DNA of 63,698 nucleotides, filler included, from Octopus bimaculoides (taxonomy: Eukaryota): assembly GCF_001194135.2 (NCBI RefSeq). It is 4 parts of 4 records of this genome, joined end to end, with 100 filler letters (N's around TTAATTAATTAA, not from the genome) between each part and the next. Parts side by side here need not be neighbours in the genome. Positions count along the whole stretch, not along the records: positions 1 to 22,771 come from NC_068981.1; 3 more parts are not named here. One strand, 5' to 3'. The notes below the pieces were generated by a model. The model had not been told where the DNA came from. It saw only the letters and a program-made list of their open reading frames with translations, and did no database searches. A program made the translations under genes and the position numbers. Below are positions 1 through 11,157 of this stretch, piece after piece. The first letter of the stretch is position 1. Each line of letters opens with the position of its first letter.

Positions 1-137
1 GATAGATCGGGGCTTGTGGGGTCGGGGCGTGGCCTGATCATCGCTTCATTTGTGTTGTCAAACGTACTGTTAATATCATTCGATTTTTTATATTTTATAA
101 AATTTTTAAACTCATATTTTATGTAAACCATTCGCAT

Positions 138-368
138 TACTGATCCCAATCAGTTGTTTTGTACTATTCTATGTTTGGCCCCCTGTGGGCAATAAAGAAA
201 TTGGTATTTCGTCTGTTTTTACGTTCTGAGTTCAAATTCCGCCGAGGTCGATTTTGCCTTTCATCCTTTCGGGGTTGATAAATTAAGTATCAGTTGCGTA
301 CTGGAGTCGATCTAATCGACTGGACCCCTCCCCATAAATTTTGGGCCTTGTGCATAGTGTAGAAAAGA
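138..368 (+). mobile_element. SINE family B: 3' tail of one unit fused to a 5'-truncated second unit
   Basis: Tail CTATGTTTGGCCCCCTGTGGGCAATAAAGAAAT runs directly into GGTATTTCGTCTG..GAGTTCAAATTCCGCCGAGGTCGATTTTGCCTTTCATCCTTTCGGGGTTGATAAA (B-box plus central domain). The same sequences recur at 31645-32318. Confidence 0.85.
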
Positions 369-729
369 GCATACAGCCGAACGTTTGTGAACGGTTTTGG
401 AAGGCGATAAACACCACCTTTTGGCGTCTTTTGCCTTTAACATTTTGGGTATTGACATGCCGAATGCAGATCTAACAAGGAATTGATGCTGCCTTAAAGT
501 GAAGGGAAAATCTGTATTAAATGTTTGGAAGTTGATAGGAAAATCAGCAAGACATGTTTTACCTCAAAACCACTCATTTCACTTGTTTCTATGAAAGTGA
601 TGGTAACAAATTTCTTGAAAATAGCTGTAAGAAACTAATCATTCAATTATCTTTTTGAAATGATAGAAAGGAAGGAACTAAGGTAGACAGATAGAGCCTC
701 TGAATTTGAGTTATTTGTATGCTGGCAAG

Positions 730-1162
730 TAAAAACGAAGAAAAGAGTGACGTAGTAAAGAAAATATGTGAGATAATATGAAATAGGAAAGAAAACGAGA
801 AAGGAAAAGAGAGAGAGAGAGAGAGAGAGAGAGAAGGAAAGAGAAGTAAGGGGAAATAGAAAAGTGAAAGACAGAAAGAAGGAAAGCGAGAGAGAGAGGT
901 TAAAGAGAAAACAGAAAGATAGACAGAGAAAGAAAAAGAAAGAGAAAAAGAGATAAGGGAAGTAAGACAATCAAAAATAAGAGAGAGTGTGAAAGAAAGA
1001 AAGAAAGAAAGAAAGAAAGAAAAAAAGAAAGGAGAATAGCAAAAAATGGAAGAGAGAAGGATAAAAGGAAAGAAAATAGAAAGAGAGTGAAAGAAACGAA
1101 GAAAGAAGGATATAGACAGATAGTTATATAGATATAGCAAGCTAGTTACTTAACTACTAGAA

Positions 1163-1198
<36 letters not shown>

Positions 1199-1240
1199 GA
1201 ACGGACAGACAGATAACAGACAGAAAGATAGATAGATGAC
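730..1240. repeat. Purine-rich low-complexity tract with (GA)n, (GAAA)n and (GACA)n
   Basis: Directly visible; it accounts for the F/L/S-rich ORFs at 643-1140. Confidence 0.95.
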
Positions 1241-1462
1241 ATTTCTTATTTTCGTTAAAATAACTTGAGAAAAGTAACCAGAAACGAATATCTATAAGGA
1301 AGTTTTTTTGTAAAGACATTCGTATATTTTTCATTTATATTTCTACTCATTCTTTATAATTCGTTATTGCTTTACAAATAAACAATTTTTGTTTTCAATA
1401 ATGATAGGTTCAAATGTTAACTAAATATTTTCGACGATGGTATTGAGAAACATTAACAGTTT

Positions 1463-1650
1463 AGGCGCAGGAGTGGCTGTGTGGTAAGTAGCTTGCTTAC
1501 GAGCCACATGGTTCCGGGTTCAGTCCCACTGCGTGACACCTTGGGCAAGTGTCTTCTACTATAGCCTGGGGTCGATTTTCTCGACTAAAAACGGTGCTCC
1601 AGCATAGCCGCAGTCAAATGACTGAAACAAGTAAAAGAGAGAGAGTAAAA
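1463..1650 (+). mobile_element. SINE family A, internally deleted
   Basis: Head GGCGCAGGAGTGGCTGTGTGGTAAG..GGTTCAGTCCCAC is joined at TATAGCCTGGGG to the tail GGTCGATTTTCTCGACTAAA..GTCAAATGACTGAAACAAGTAAAAGA. Longer copies are at 7771 and 53175. Confidence 0.9.
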
Positions 1651-1844
1651 GAAAGAGGGTTTAGTAAGAGACGGACAAAAATTCGGAAAATTATGTTGTA
1701 TCTGCCTATGTGTATATGTGTGCGCCTGTTTATATATACACACATAAAGGGTGAGAGGAAAAGAAAGATGGGCAGAAAATGGGAACCGAACCGGAAGCTG
1801 TATGACAGAGCGAGAGACTTCATGGTTATTATTAAATAAAGATT

Positions 1845-2060
1845 AAGACGGTGAGCTGACAGAATCGTTCGCACGTCAGATAAATACTTAGCAGCATTTT
1901 GTCCGTCTTTATATTCTGAGAGCAAATACCGCCGAGGTTGACTTTGCTTTTCATGCTTTTGGGGTCGATAATATAAATACCAGTCAAGCACTGGGATTGA
2001 TGCAATCGACTTAACCCCTCCCCTGAAATTACTGGCCTTGTGCAAAACTTTGAAACCATT
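1845..2060 (+). mobile_element. SINE family B
   Basis: GGTGAGCTGACAGAATCGTT head, CCGAGGTTGACTTTGCTTTTCAT central domain and GGCCTTGTGCAAAACTTTGAAACC tail. Confidence 0.85.
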
Positions 2061-2948
2061 ACCATATAGAGATTAATAACCAGATTGATAGAGGATGATA
2101 TTTGAATAAATAGAAGTATAAACAAATTTGCATGTGACACAATGAATGAATAAATTATTTTTCATCCATCATGTTATTTGCAACAGCTTGTTAACTTTTC
2201 AGCGATAATTTTTTAAATAAGAATCTTTTAAAGACGACATCAATCAAAAATATATGTCTATATAGTGTGAAATATAAGGTTTTCTTACAGATACTGGCGA
2301 AGCACATTTACGTAAACATGGTTTTATATTAATACATACAAATTTAAGTGTAAAACAGTTAAAAATGTACTACTTTAATCTTTCTTAGTATTTGAAACCT
2401 GTACTAATTTTTAGATGAGGTTTATTTTTTTATTTTTTAAATAAGGCATATTATAAATCTCTTTGCTCCCAGACTGTTCCTACACAATATTCATAGGTCA
2501 TCCTCATTACAGGTCCTCAAAAATGTTGTTTACGTCTGTGCAACAAACCGCGAAGCTTGACAATAAAGATGCCTCATGAAAGATGATATAGAATAGAACA
2601 GTGCCTTGAAAAAGGCTACAATCTTACAATTCTCCAAGTAAGTGGAGGAACCACTTTGCTTTCTGTCGTCCAATCCTCAGTAACTTTGGCCTAATCAACA
2701 TGATCAACTTATGATAGAAGGTATAGTGTATCAGTTAGTAAATAAATTAAAAATAAACACAGTTTACCTCTGTCGTGAACAGCGGAGCTCTAATCCTCCT
2801 CACTGAAAATAGTATTGCTGGTAAGAGTCTTGAAAAATGCGGACACCAATTCCATTACGAACTGCGCTTGCAAATCTCGTGTAAGAGATTCTTTTGGCAA
2901 TTATCTTTTGCATTCAACAAATGGAACCGAGAATAGTATGTATGTATG

Positions 2949-3168
2949 TACGAATGGGTGCTGAAAGGTTCCTGGCTTTAAAGGTATCACGAAGGGCTTG
3001 GCTGGAGGTCCAACCTTCCGAGTTCTTTTACAGGACTTAGAAAACTGAAGCACCGCTGAAATAAGCCAGTGAATCTGTGAGGGGAATATGTTGAATAAAG
3101 TCATAATTAACCGATCTTTATGTATTTTCTTTTACCCAAAGTCAGGTACTTTTCAGCACCCCCTCGTA
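2949..3168 (+). mobile_element. Mariner-derived MITE (about 220 bp) inside (TATG)n
   Basis: Left end TACGAATGGGTGCTGAAAGGTTCCTGGCTTT matches the reverse complement of the right end (TACGAGGGGGTGCTGAAAAGTACCTGACTTT). The interior keeps a transposase C-terminus relic, GLRKLKHR*NKPVNL*GEYVE*. Confidence 0.85.
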
Positions 3169-3626
3169 TGTATGTATGTATGTATGTATGTATGTATGTA
3201 TGTATGTATGTATGTATGTATGTATAACTTTAAACTGCACGGGGGAGCTCTGATATCCTGACGGGTGTGGAAACACTTCTTAGTCACTATTGTTCCCAGG
3301 TCTACTTTGGACCCAGAGTAATAGGACTTATGGTCCCAGCTCTGGCTAACTAGCATCTGAACCTCTGGGTATGACGATCCCCCAGTTCTCGTTAGAACTT
3401 CTAAGAGAAAGGAAACTCGTATAAGAAAAACTTAATGTCGGCTCAACCTCTGCAGTGCCACTGGTGCTACTGCTGATTATCCTGAAAAGTGGGTTCAGTG
3501 GTGTGCAACACTTAACCCGCTCAAGACAAATTCGCTCACAGTAATTTCTTGGATTCTCGTAACATTTCCATCAACTTACTGAGTTTTGAAAGTGGCCTCA
3601 CTCGGTCACGAGTTGACTTCCACCAC

Positions 3627-3653
3627 ATGTGTGTAGGTGTGTGTAGGTGTGTG

Positions 3654-3699
<46 letters not shown>

Positions 3700-3770
3700 T
3701 GTGTGTGTGTGCGTGTGTGTGCGTGCGTGTGTGTGTGTGTGTGTGCTTGTACATGCGTTCGTGTGTGTGA
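3627..3770. repeat. (TG)n compound microsatellite
   Basis: Directly visible. Confidence 0.95.
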
Positions 3771-4299
3771 AGGACTAATCAGATCACTCGTAAGCCACTA
3801 TCAAAGAAAGAACTCACATTGTTTTAACATCTCGAATTGATATTTATTTATTGCATCACAAACCGCAGCATGTTTCAATCTTGTGAAACGAATATCGTTT
3901 CATGGTTGAGATGTAACACAGTTTCTAATGAAACTATTTAATGAATAATACATATGTGTGTGTGTGTATGTGTGTATGTGTGTGTGTACGTGCGCGTGCG
4001 TGTGATAACGCCTTTTGTAAGTGTGTGTAACCCATATACACACATTTAATTGTATATACATGCTCATTCCAGTAATCTTAAGTTGAAAACCTTCAGAATA
4101 TTTTAAAATTTTCAACCCAAATGATTGCATTTGAAGAATGCCAGTCAGTTCGCACTTATGCATTTATGTAAATCTATTGTTATATAACTCAGTATAAGTA
4201 TAAATATAAACCTATAACACTATAATCACAGATACATGTAAGTTCTTCATTAGTTCGCCATGGTTGTTCTCTTTTCCACAACATTAAATGCGACATTCT

Positions 4300-4840
4300 T
4301 ATCCGCTGGACAGCAGATCTCTACATTGCGCATAAATTTTGTTCGCTGTTCTATAAAACAGTCTCAGGTCTGTCTTTTAGCACTGGAGTACTATTTACAT
4401 TGGAATGTATAATTTATTGCTAAAGTGTGAGTATATTCTGGCTTTGGTGTACCTTTGGCATGTCAGTCAAGATAAACTTTCCTGACGATAGCATTGTAAA
4501 TGATTTTAGGAAGCTAGTCTCTTGCTAACATTTTAGAGCAGCTGTTGAGGATTTCAGTTGTATCTTTCAAACTGGTGTGGCACAATCAACATCTTCAATA
4601 ACAATCTGGAGGTTTGGAGCTATCCTTATCTCTTAATGATCAGGTATTTAGTATGTATTTCTCATGCATACCTAAGTTTCTATTTAAGAAGGTTAATCCA
4701 ACAATACCTTTGTGTTACATGGAACATCTGTAATTCATTATACCTTGTGAGATATTCTTCACCTACTCTCAAGATATTATTTTCACCTCTGAGTAACACA
4801 TGTAATGTACATATTTCTAACTTTACTGTTGTTTAGTTGT
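4300..4840 (-). pseudogene. Decayed RTE-clade LINE, C-terminal region
   Basis: Frameshifted minus-strand translation resembles the RTE RLPK..(G)RPK.RYKDTLK motif region; many stops. Confidence 0.45.
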
Positions 4841-5184
4841 TATATAAGTGACACAAAGCGACACTCAAATGCTGTTTGAATTTATAATTGCCTCTGCCTC
4901 CATCCTTCCGTTTAACATAGATCATATCATTGTCATTGTTAATGTGATAAGTCAATAATGATAGCGAGTAACTTCCTGGTCTTGTTGTTCAAGTTGCGGA
5001 TGTTTTCAAATGCATAACGTTTTAATAAAATGCTAGTGCTAGAACTATCACTAGGAAAACATGGTGGAATATGGCTATCTTGCATGCCGAGAAATCTGAC
5101 TGTCTTACATTACCCGTGGAAGTATTTCTTTAGAAAGAGTACCAACATATGCAATATCTTCATTAATTTCGAGATATCAATAGC

Positions 5185-5219
<35 letters not shown>

Positions 5220-5222
<3 letters not shown>

Positions 5223-5530
5223 GAGGGTGTACCCCAAAATAACCGGGAGCGTTCTCTGTGGGACAAATCCGTTGTAGTTCAGGTTTTCGCCGCTAGAAGT
5301 CATCTCTGATGAGACCCTCAAATATCAGTCTGCCAACCGGCGTTGTCGTCCCATGCCGTAATGGCACGTGGTGCGTCCTTGTTTTACAATGCTTCACTGT
5401 TTGTCGATTTTTGCGATGATTGAAACGAAGGAACAGCGTGCTTCCGTGAAATTCTGTTTTCTGCTGGGGAAAACGGCGGCCAAAACAGTTGTCATGATTC
5501 AAACAGCTTACAAAGACGCTGTTTTTATCT
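5220..5530 (+). mobile_element. Mariner 5' end with transposase N-terminus
   Basis: Starts TACGAGGGTGTACCCCAAAATAACCGG at the end of a (TA)n tract. Encodes MIETKEQRASVKFCFLLGKTAAKTVVMIQTAYKD, a typical mariner HTH start. Confidence 0.85.
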
Positions 5531-5869
5531 AACCTGACGGCTATTTGCGACACCCGTGATTTTTTAATCAGTTTGTCTATACCAGTAGAGATTTAATTTG
5601 TCTGAGCATGAGGTTTTAAAAGATACTTGCTACTGATGATGCTCAAGGGGGACAGAAATGGAGATTTAGCAATTCCATCGCCACTGTTGGACACTCTCCG
5701 TCTGTTACTGATATTCTTTTGTGCTTCCTGGCACTATACATCTATACGAGACGCTGTCTCGAGATGAATACCGCAGCTTCCTGCTTTCTACATTATATCC
5801 ACGTTAAATAAGATATGCGGAATGTTATGTCTATATTATTCATCTATAATTAATGTATTGAGATTATAT

Positions 5870-6950
5870 TTGATATCCTTCCTGGTTCTCTGTAGGTATT
5901 CTGTTCTGGGGAAAAAATAATGGAATTATTTTCACAGTATGACAGATGTAAATGTGCTATGAGAAGAACATGGATATTGTCTAAATTTTCATTAATCTAA
6001 CAAAAGCTTTCGATACTTTGAATAGGACATTTCTGTGGGAAAGTTCTTTGTAAAGTTCACTGTACAGATGACTTTGTATCCATATTAAATCATTTCACAA
6101 TGGAATATAAGCAAAAGTCAATGTTAATGAGAACATGACAGGATACAACCGCAAAAAGCGGCATCAAACATGTCGAAATCCTCGTCCCAACTTCCTTTTC
6201 TTTGTATTTTGCAGTTACACTCACATATGTTTCTGCCACTGATTTATTTTATAGAACAAATGTGAGGCACTTCTGGTCGTTGTTTCAATTTGCAACGATT
6301 TGGTGCCAAATGCGGAAGTCTTTCAATCTCTTACTTGTGATTTCTTGTGTGCAGATGACTTGCGAAAAATTTGTACACGCTGCTGAACATATGAAAGTTC
6401 ATTGTACTTTGTAGCTACCCTCACTTTTGTTTTTGCCACCGATTTCTTTTATAACACAAAATTTGAGGTACCTTCTGGTCATTCCTTTAATTTGCAACGT
6501 TTTTGGTGCCAATGCGAAAGTCTTTCAATTCCACATTTTTTATTTCTTTTATGCAGATAGGTAAAGGGTAAAAAACCCCTTCGGTCATGAATGATGGGAT
6601 TGCACCTAGAATGTTACCCTCTGAGGCACAACACCGGGTAAGGCTGTTTATGGAAGACCAGCAGTTGCCCATGCATGCTAGCTTCCCCTCTCTACGCCAC
6701 CGATGTTATCCAAGGGAAAGGCAAAGGCCGATGCAACTTGGCACCAGTGATGTCACAACTCATTTCTACAGCTAAGTGAACTGGAGCAATGTGAAATAAA
6801 GTGTCTTGATCAAGAACACAACACACATCCCAGTCCGGGAATCGAACTCACTACCTCATGATTGTGAGCCCTCCGCTTTAACCACTGAGCCATGCACCTT
6901 CAGATGACTGCGAGTTATTTGTACACGCTGCTGAACATATGAAAGTTCTT
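5870..6950 (+). pseudogene. RTE-clade LINE reverse transcriptase relic with a duplicated YADD block
   Basis: FINLTKAFDTLNR motif near 5985-6025 and CADD/YADD motifs at about 6346-6360 and 6551-6558/6906; frameshifted and interrupted by a SINE. Confidence 0.8.
6559..6902 (-). mobile_element. SINE family C (tRNA head, CORE-like domain)
   Basis: Minus strand reads GAAGGTGCATGGCTCAGTGGTTAAAGCG (A box) ..GAGTTCGATTCCCGG (B box) ..TTCTTGATCAAGACACTTTATTTCAC. CAGAT is present at both ends as a possible short TSD. Confidence 0.9.
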
Positions 6951-7150
6951 CTTCTTCTTCTTCTTCTTCTTCTTCTTCTTCTTCTTCTTCTTCTTCTTCT
7001 TCTTCTTCTTCTTCTTCTTCTTCTTCTTCTTCTTCTTCTTCTTCTTCTTCTTCTTCTTCTTTTCCTTCTTTTCTTCTTCTTCTCCTCCTCCTCTTCTTGC
7101 AGCTTCCCTCTCTCTCTCGCTCTCTCTCCTTCTCACACACACACACACAC
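6948..7150. repeat. (CTT)n followed by (CT)n and (CA)n
   Basis: Directly visible; source of the poly-L/K/E ORFs. Confidence 0.95.
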
Positions 7151-7700
7151 ATGCTCCACCCACCTTATTCGCCGGACGTTGCCACATCTGATTATCATTT
7201 ATTCCGCAGTCTTCAAAATCAAAATAACAAAGGAGATCTACTGCGAGCAGCTTGAGTGTCTTAAGTCAGCGCTCGAAGAAAAACGACCATCTTTGGTTTC
7301 AAGACGAAATGTGTTTTTCCATCAGGATAATGCTCAGCCACATATAGTGAGGATGACATTCCAAAGGCTGGAACAGTTTGAATGGGAAAGATACCCCACT
7401 CACCATATTCGCTGGACATTACTCCATCTGATTATCATTTATTCTGCAATGTGCAAAGTCATTTGGGCGGAACAAATATGAATTCTGTAGACGAGGTCAG
7501 AACAGTACTGGAGGAGTATTTTTCATCACGGATAAGTGAATTTTGGAAGAGAGGGTCTTGCAAGTCTACCAGATAGATGGAAGAGCATTGTAGAAAATGG
7601 AGGAGAGTATATTTTAGATGAAAAAGAACTTTGTTTATCTTAATTTTGAAAAATAAAATAAGTATAAAATAAACCGCATTATTTATGTGATGGCCCAATA
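7151..7700 (+). mobile_element. Mariner (DD34D) transposase 3' part with right TIR
   Basis: FFHQDNAQPH (second catalytic D), PYSLDITPSDYHLF (third D) and a terminal CGCATTATTTATGTGATGGCCCAATA. An extra PYSPDVATSDYHLF block lies at 7151-7215. Confidence 0.9.
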
Positions 7701-7770
7701 ACTATATATATGTGCATGTGTGTGCGTGTGTGTATGTGTGTGTGTGTGTGTGTGTAGATACATATATATA

Positions 7771-8230
7771 GACGTGACTGTGTGGTAGGAAGTTTGATTC
7801 CCAACCACATGGTTTGGAGTTCAGTTCCACAGCGCGTCATCTCCATCAAATGTTTCCTGCTATAGCATCGGGCCAGCTAAGGCTTTGTGAGTGGATTGGT
7901 AGACGGAAACTAAAAGAAGCCAGTCATAAATATCTGTGTGCGTGTGTGTGTGTATATGTGTGTGTGTGCGCGCGCGCGTTTGTGTGTGTGTGCGCGCGCG
8001 CGCGTTTGTGTTTGTCCCTTTCCACCATTTAACCACCTGTGTTCGTTTGCTTGCGTCCCCGTTGCTTAACGCGTTCCTGTAGCTTAGCGGTTTGGCAAAA
8101 CGGACTGATAGAGCAAGTACCAGAATTTTTTTTTTTTAAGTTACAGGGTGATTTGTTCAACTAAAACCTTTCAGGACATTGCCCCAGCATGGCCACAATC
8201 TAATGACTGAAACAAAAGGTAAAAGATAAA
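7771..8230 (+). mobile_element. SINE family A, diverged full-length copy
   Basis: Head, GGCTTTGTGAGTGGATTGGTAGACGGAAAC, internal (TG)n, and tail AATGACTGAAACAAAAG. Confidence 0.85.
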
Positions 8231-8494
8231 TTTACGTATTTAGGATAAACACACACACACACACACACACACGTATACATTCACATATGTATATACATAC
8301 ATATAAATATGTATATATATGCATATATATGTATGTATATGTGTGTATATATATGTGGATTTCTTTTGAGGTGGGGTGCCTGAACTCACTAGCCGATGAA
8401 TTCGTGAGTGCCTTTTTTTCTCGTTGGTTTTTGGTGTCGCATGGCCAGAAATTACCGTGAATTTTTTTAGAGACACTTTCAAATTTATCAGAAT

Positions 8495-8552
8495 ATTGGG
8501 CTGAAGAGTCGGAATAGATTAATATCTTAACCGCGAAACGTTCGTATCCAAT
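8495..8552 (+). ncRNA. Candidate minimal type-I hammerhead ribozyme with canonical core
   Basis: CTGAAGA at 8501-8507, a bulged stem II (GTCGG..CCGC) with an AGAT/ATCT extension, GAAAC-GTT containing the AACGTT palindrome, and stem I ATTGGG / C[GTAT]CCAAT. Confidence 0.45.
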
Positions 8553-9107
8553 TAACTAAAGGCACGTTTGTCTTTGCTTTTCACTCTGGTTTTTTGTTCT
8601 ATGTGTGCCATAAATATCGCCATCCATTTAGAGAAAAATTTGTAGTTTAGAATCAATAGTTCTTTTACTGCTATTTCTAAATTTTCAGTATGTTGGAGAA
8701 GCAACTCAATGNNNNNNNNNNNNNNNNNNNNNNNNNNNNNNNNNNNNNNNNNNNNNNNNNNNNNNNNNNNNNNNNNNNNNNNNNNNNNNNNNNNNNNNNN
8801 NNNNNNNNNNNNNNNNNNNNNNNNNNNNNNNNNNNNNNNNNNNNNNNNNNNNNNNNNNNNNNNNNNNNNNNNNNNNNNNNNNNNNNNNNNNNNNNNNNNN
8901 NNNNNNNNNNNNNNNNNNNNNNNNNNNNNNNNNNNNNNNNNNNNNNNNNNNNNNNNNNNNNNNNNNNNNNNNNNNNNNNNNNNNNNNNNNNNNNNNNNNN
9001 NNNNNNNNNNNNNNNNNNNNNNNNNNNNNNNNNNNNNNNNNNNNNNNNNNNNNNNNNNNNNNNNNNNNNNNNNNNNNNNNNNNNNNNNNNNNNNNNNNNN
9101 NNNNNNN

Positions 9108-9153
<46 letters not shown>

Positions 9154-9503
9154 GCACACACACACGCACACACGCACACACACACACACACAATACTCTT
9201 ACACACTGTCCACCGAATTCTACCCATACATTTCAGTCACAAAAAGACACTGGTCTAGATTGTAACACAGGTAGACTGAAGCCTGGAGCCGAAAATTTGT
9301 TACGAAACGGAGTTTTGTGCTACACAACAGTGCTTGCGCATCTGAAATAGCAATCATACAAACGTTGTCAAATACTGCTAACCTGTATTGAGTACTTTGT
9401 TGAATCGTTATCAATATTTAGCTTGTGAACTAATTATATTAGATATGGATAGGTGTGAGCGTTTGTGTGTGGAAAGAGAGAGGGGGGGAGAAATAAATAG
9501 ATT

Positions 9504-9547
<44 letters not shown>

Positions 9548-9719
9548 TGATATAAATATGTATACATGCATGTACGTATGCATATGTATATATATATAAA
9601 GATTGATAAAAAGAGAACAAATTTCAGGATTTCTCAACATCGGAATACTATATGTATATATATATGTTTGTGTGTGTGTGTGTGTGCGTGTGTGCGTGTG
9701 TGCGTGTGTGTGATGTACG

Positions 9720-9847
<128 letters not shown>

Positions 9848-10297
9848 TGTGTACGCATGCATNNNNNNNNNNNNNNNNNNNNNNNNNNNNNNNNNNNNNN
9901 NNNNNNNNNNNNNNNNNNNNNNNNNNNNNNNNNNNNNNNNNNNNNNNNNNNNNNNNNNNNNNNNNNNNNNNNNNNNNNNNNNNNNNNNNNNNNNNNNNNN
10001 NNNNNNNNNNNNNNNNNNNNNNNNNNNNNNNNNNNNNNNNNNNNNNNNNNNNNNNNNNNNNNNNNNNNNNNNNNNNNNNNNNNNNNNNNNNNNNNNNNNN
10101 NNNNNNNNNNNNNNNNNNNNNNNNNNNNNNNNNNNNNNNNNNNNNNNNNNNNNNNNNNNNNNNNNNNNNNNNNNNNNNNNNNNNNNNNNNNNNNNNNNNN
10201 NNNNNNNNNNNNNNNNNNNNNNNNNNNNNNNNNNNNNNNNNNNNNNNNNNNNNNNNNNNNNNNNNNNNNNNNNNNNNNNNNNNNNNNNNNNNNNNNN

Positions 10298-10337
<40 letters not shown>

Positions 10338-10449
10338 TCACACACACACACACAAAGACACACACACAAACGCTCTCCCATGCTCTCGCCTTCTCTCTCG
10401 CACTCTCTCTCTCTTTCACTCTCCCGCTCTCTCTCTATCTCTCTCTCTC

Positions 10450-10503
<54 letters not shown>

Positions 10504-10640
10504 ACTCCCTCTGCCTCTTTCTCAATATTTCTATTCTTTGTCTCCCCAGTTATCTAGCAATCTCCATCTATCTCAGTCTGCGCGCATGTGTGTTGTTTGT
10601 GTTTACCAGAATACACATTACTGCGAATATATACTTTTGT

Positions 10641-11012
10641 TCTTTTACTCGTTTCAGTCATTTGACTGCAGCCATGCTGGAGCACCGCCTTTAGTCGAAT
10701 ATTCTTTGTAAGCCTAGTACTTATTCTATCGGTCCCTTAAGCCGAACCACTAGAATACAAGGACGTAAACACACCAACATCGGTGTCCAGCGATGGTGGG
10801 GGACAAACACAGACACACAAATACAAACATACATACATACATACATACATACATACACGACGGGTTTCTTTCAGTTTCTGTCTATCAAATCCACTCACAA
10901 GGATTTGGTCGGCCCGAGGCTATAGTTGAAGACACTTACCCAAGGTGCCACGCAGTAGGATTGAACCCGGAAACTATGTGGTTGGGAAGCAAGTTTCTTA
11001 CCACACGGCCAC
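10641..11012 (-). mobile_element. SINE family A
   Basis: Reverse complement of the family A head, body and tail (TTTCAGTCATTTGACTGCAGCCATGCTGGAGCACCGCC). Confidence 0.92.
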
Positions 11013-11093
11013 ACATATATGTTTATATATGTGTGTTTGTGCGCGCGCGTGTGTGTGTGTGTGTGTAGAAAGATAGACAGAAGAATAGATAGA

Positions 11094-11157
<64 letters not shown>

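Noticed and set aside
24-33. Perfect Sp/KLF GC box GGGGCGTGGC
   Set aside because: A single motif at the window edge with no supporting promoter context.
2767-2930. Minus-strand segment ending in GAG|GTAAAC
   Set aside because: No clear acceptor and stops in all frames over the segment; at best a non-coding exon.
5306-5330. CTGATGAG motifs at 5306 and 5634
   Set aside because: No properly placed stem II, GAAA and cleavage triplet.
5220-7700. Single large mariner spanning both fragments
   Set aside because: The left end (TACGAGGGTG..) and right end (reverse complement TATTGGGCCA..) are not inverted repeats of each other, so these are different families.
9200-9353. Minus-strand exon-like segment (DAQALLCSTKLRF..)
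   Set aside because: The acceptor is plausible, but the only long frame stops before the best donor and no homology is recognised.
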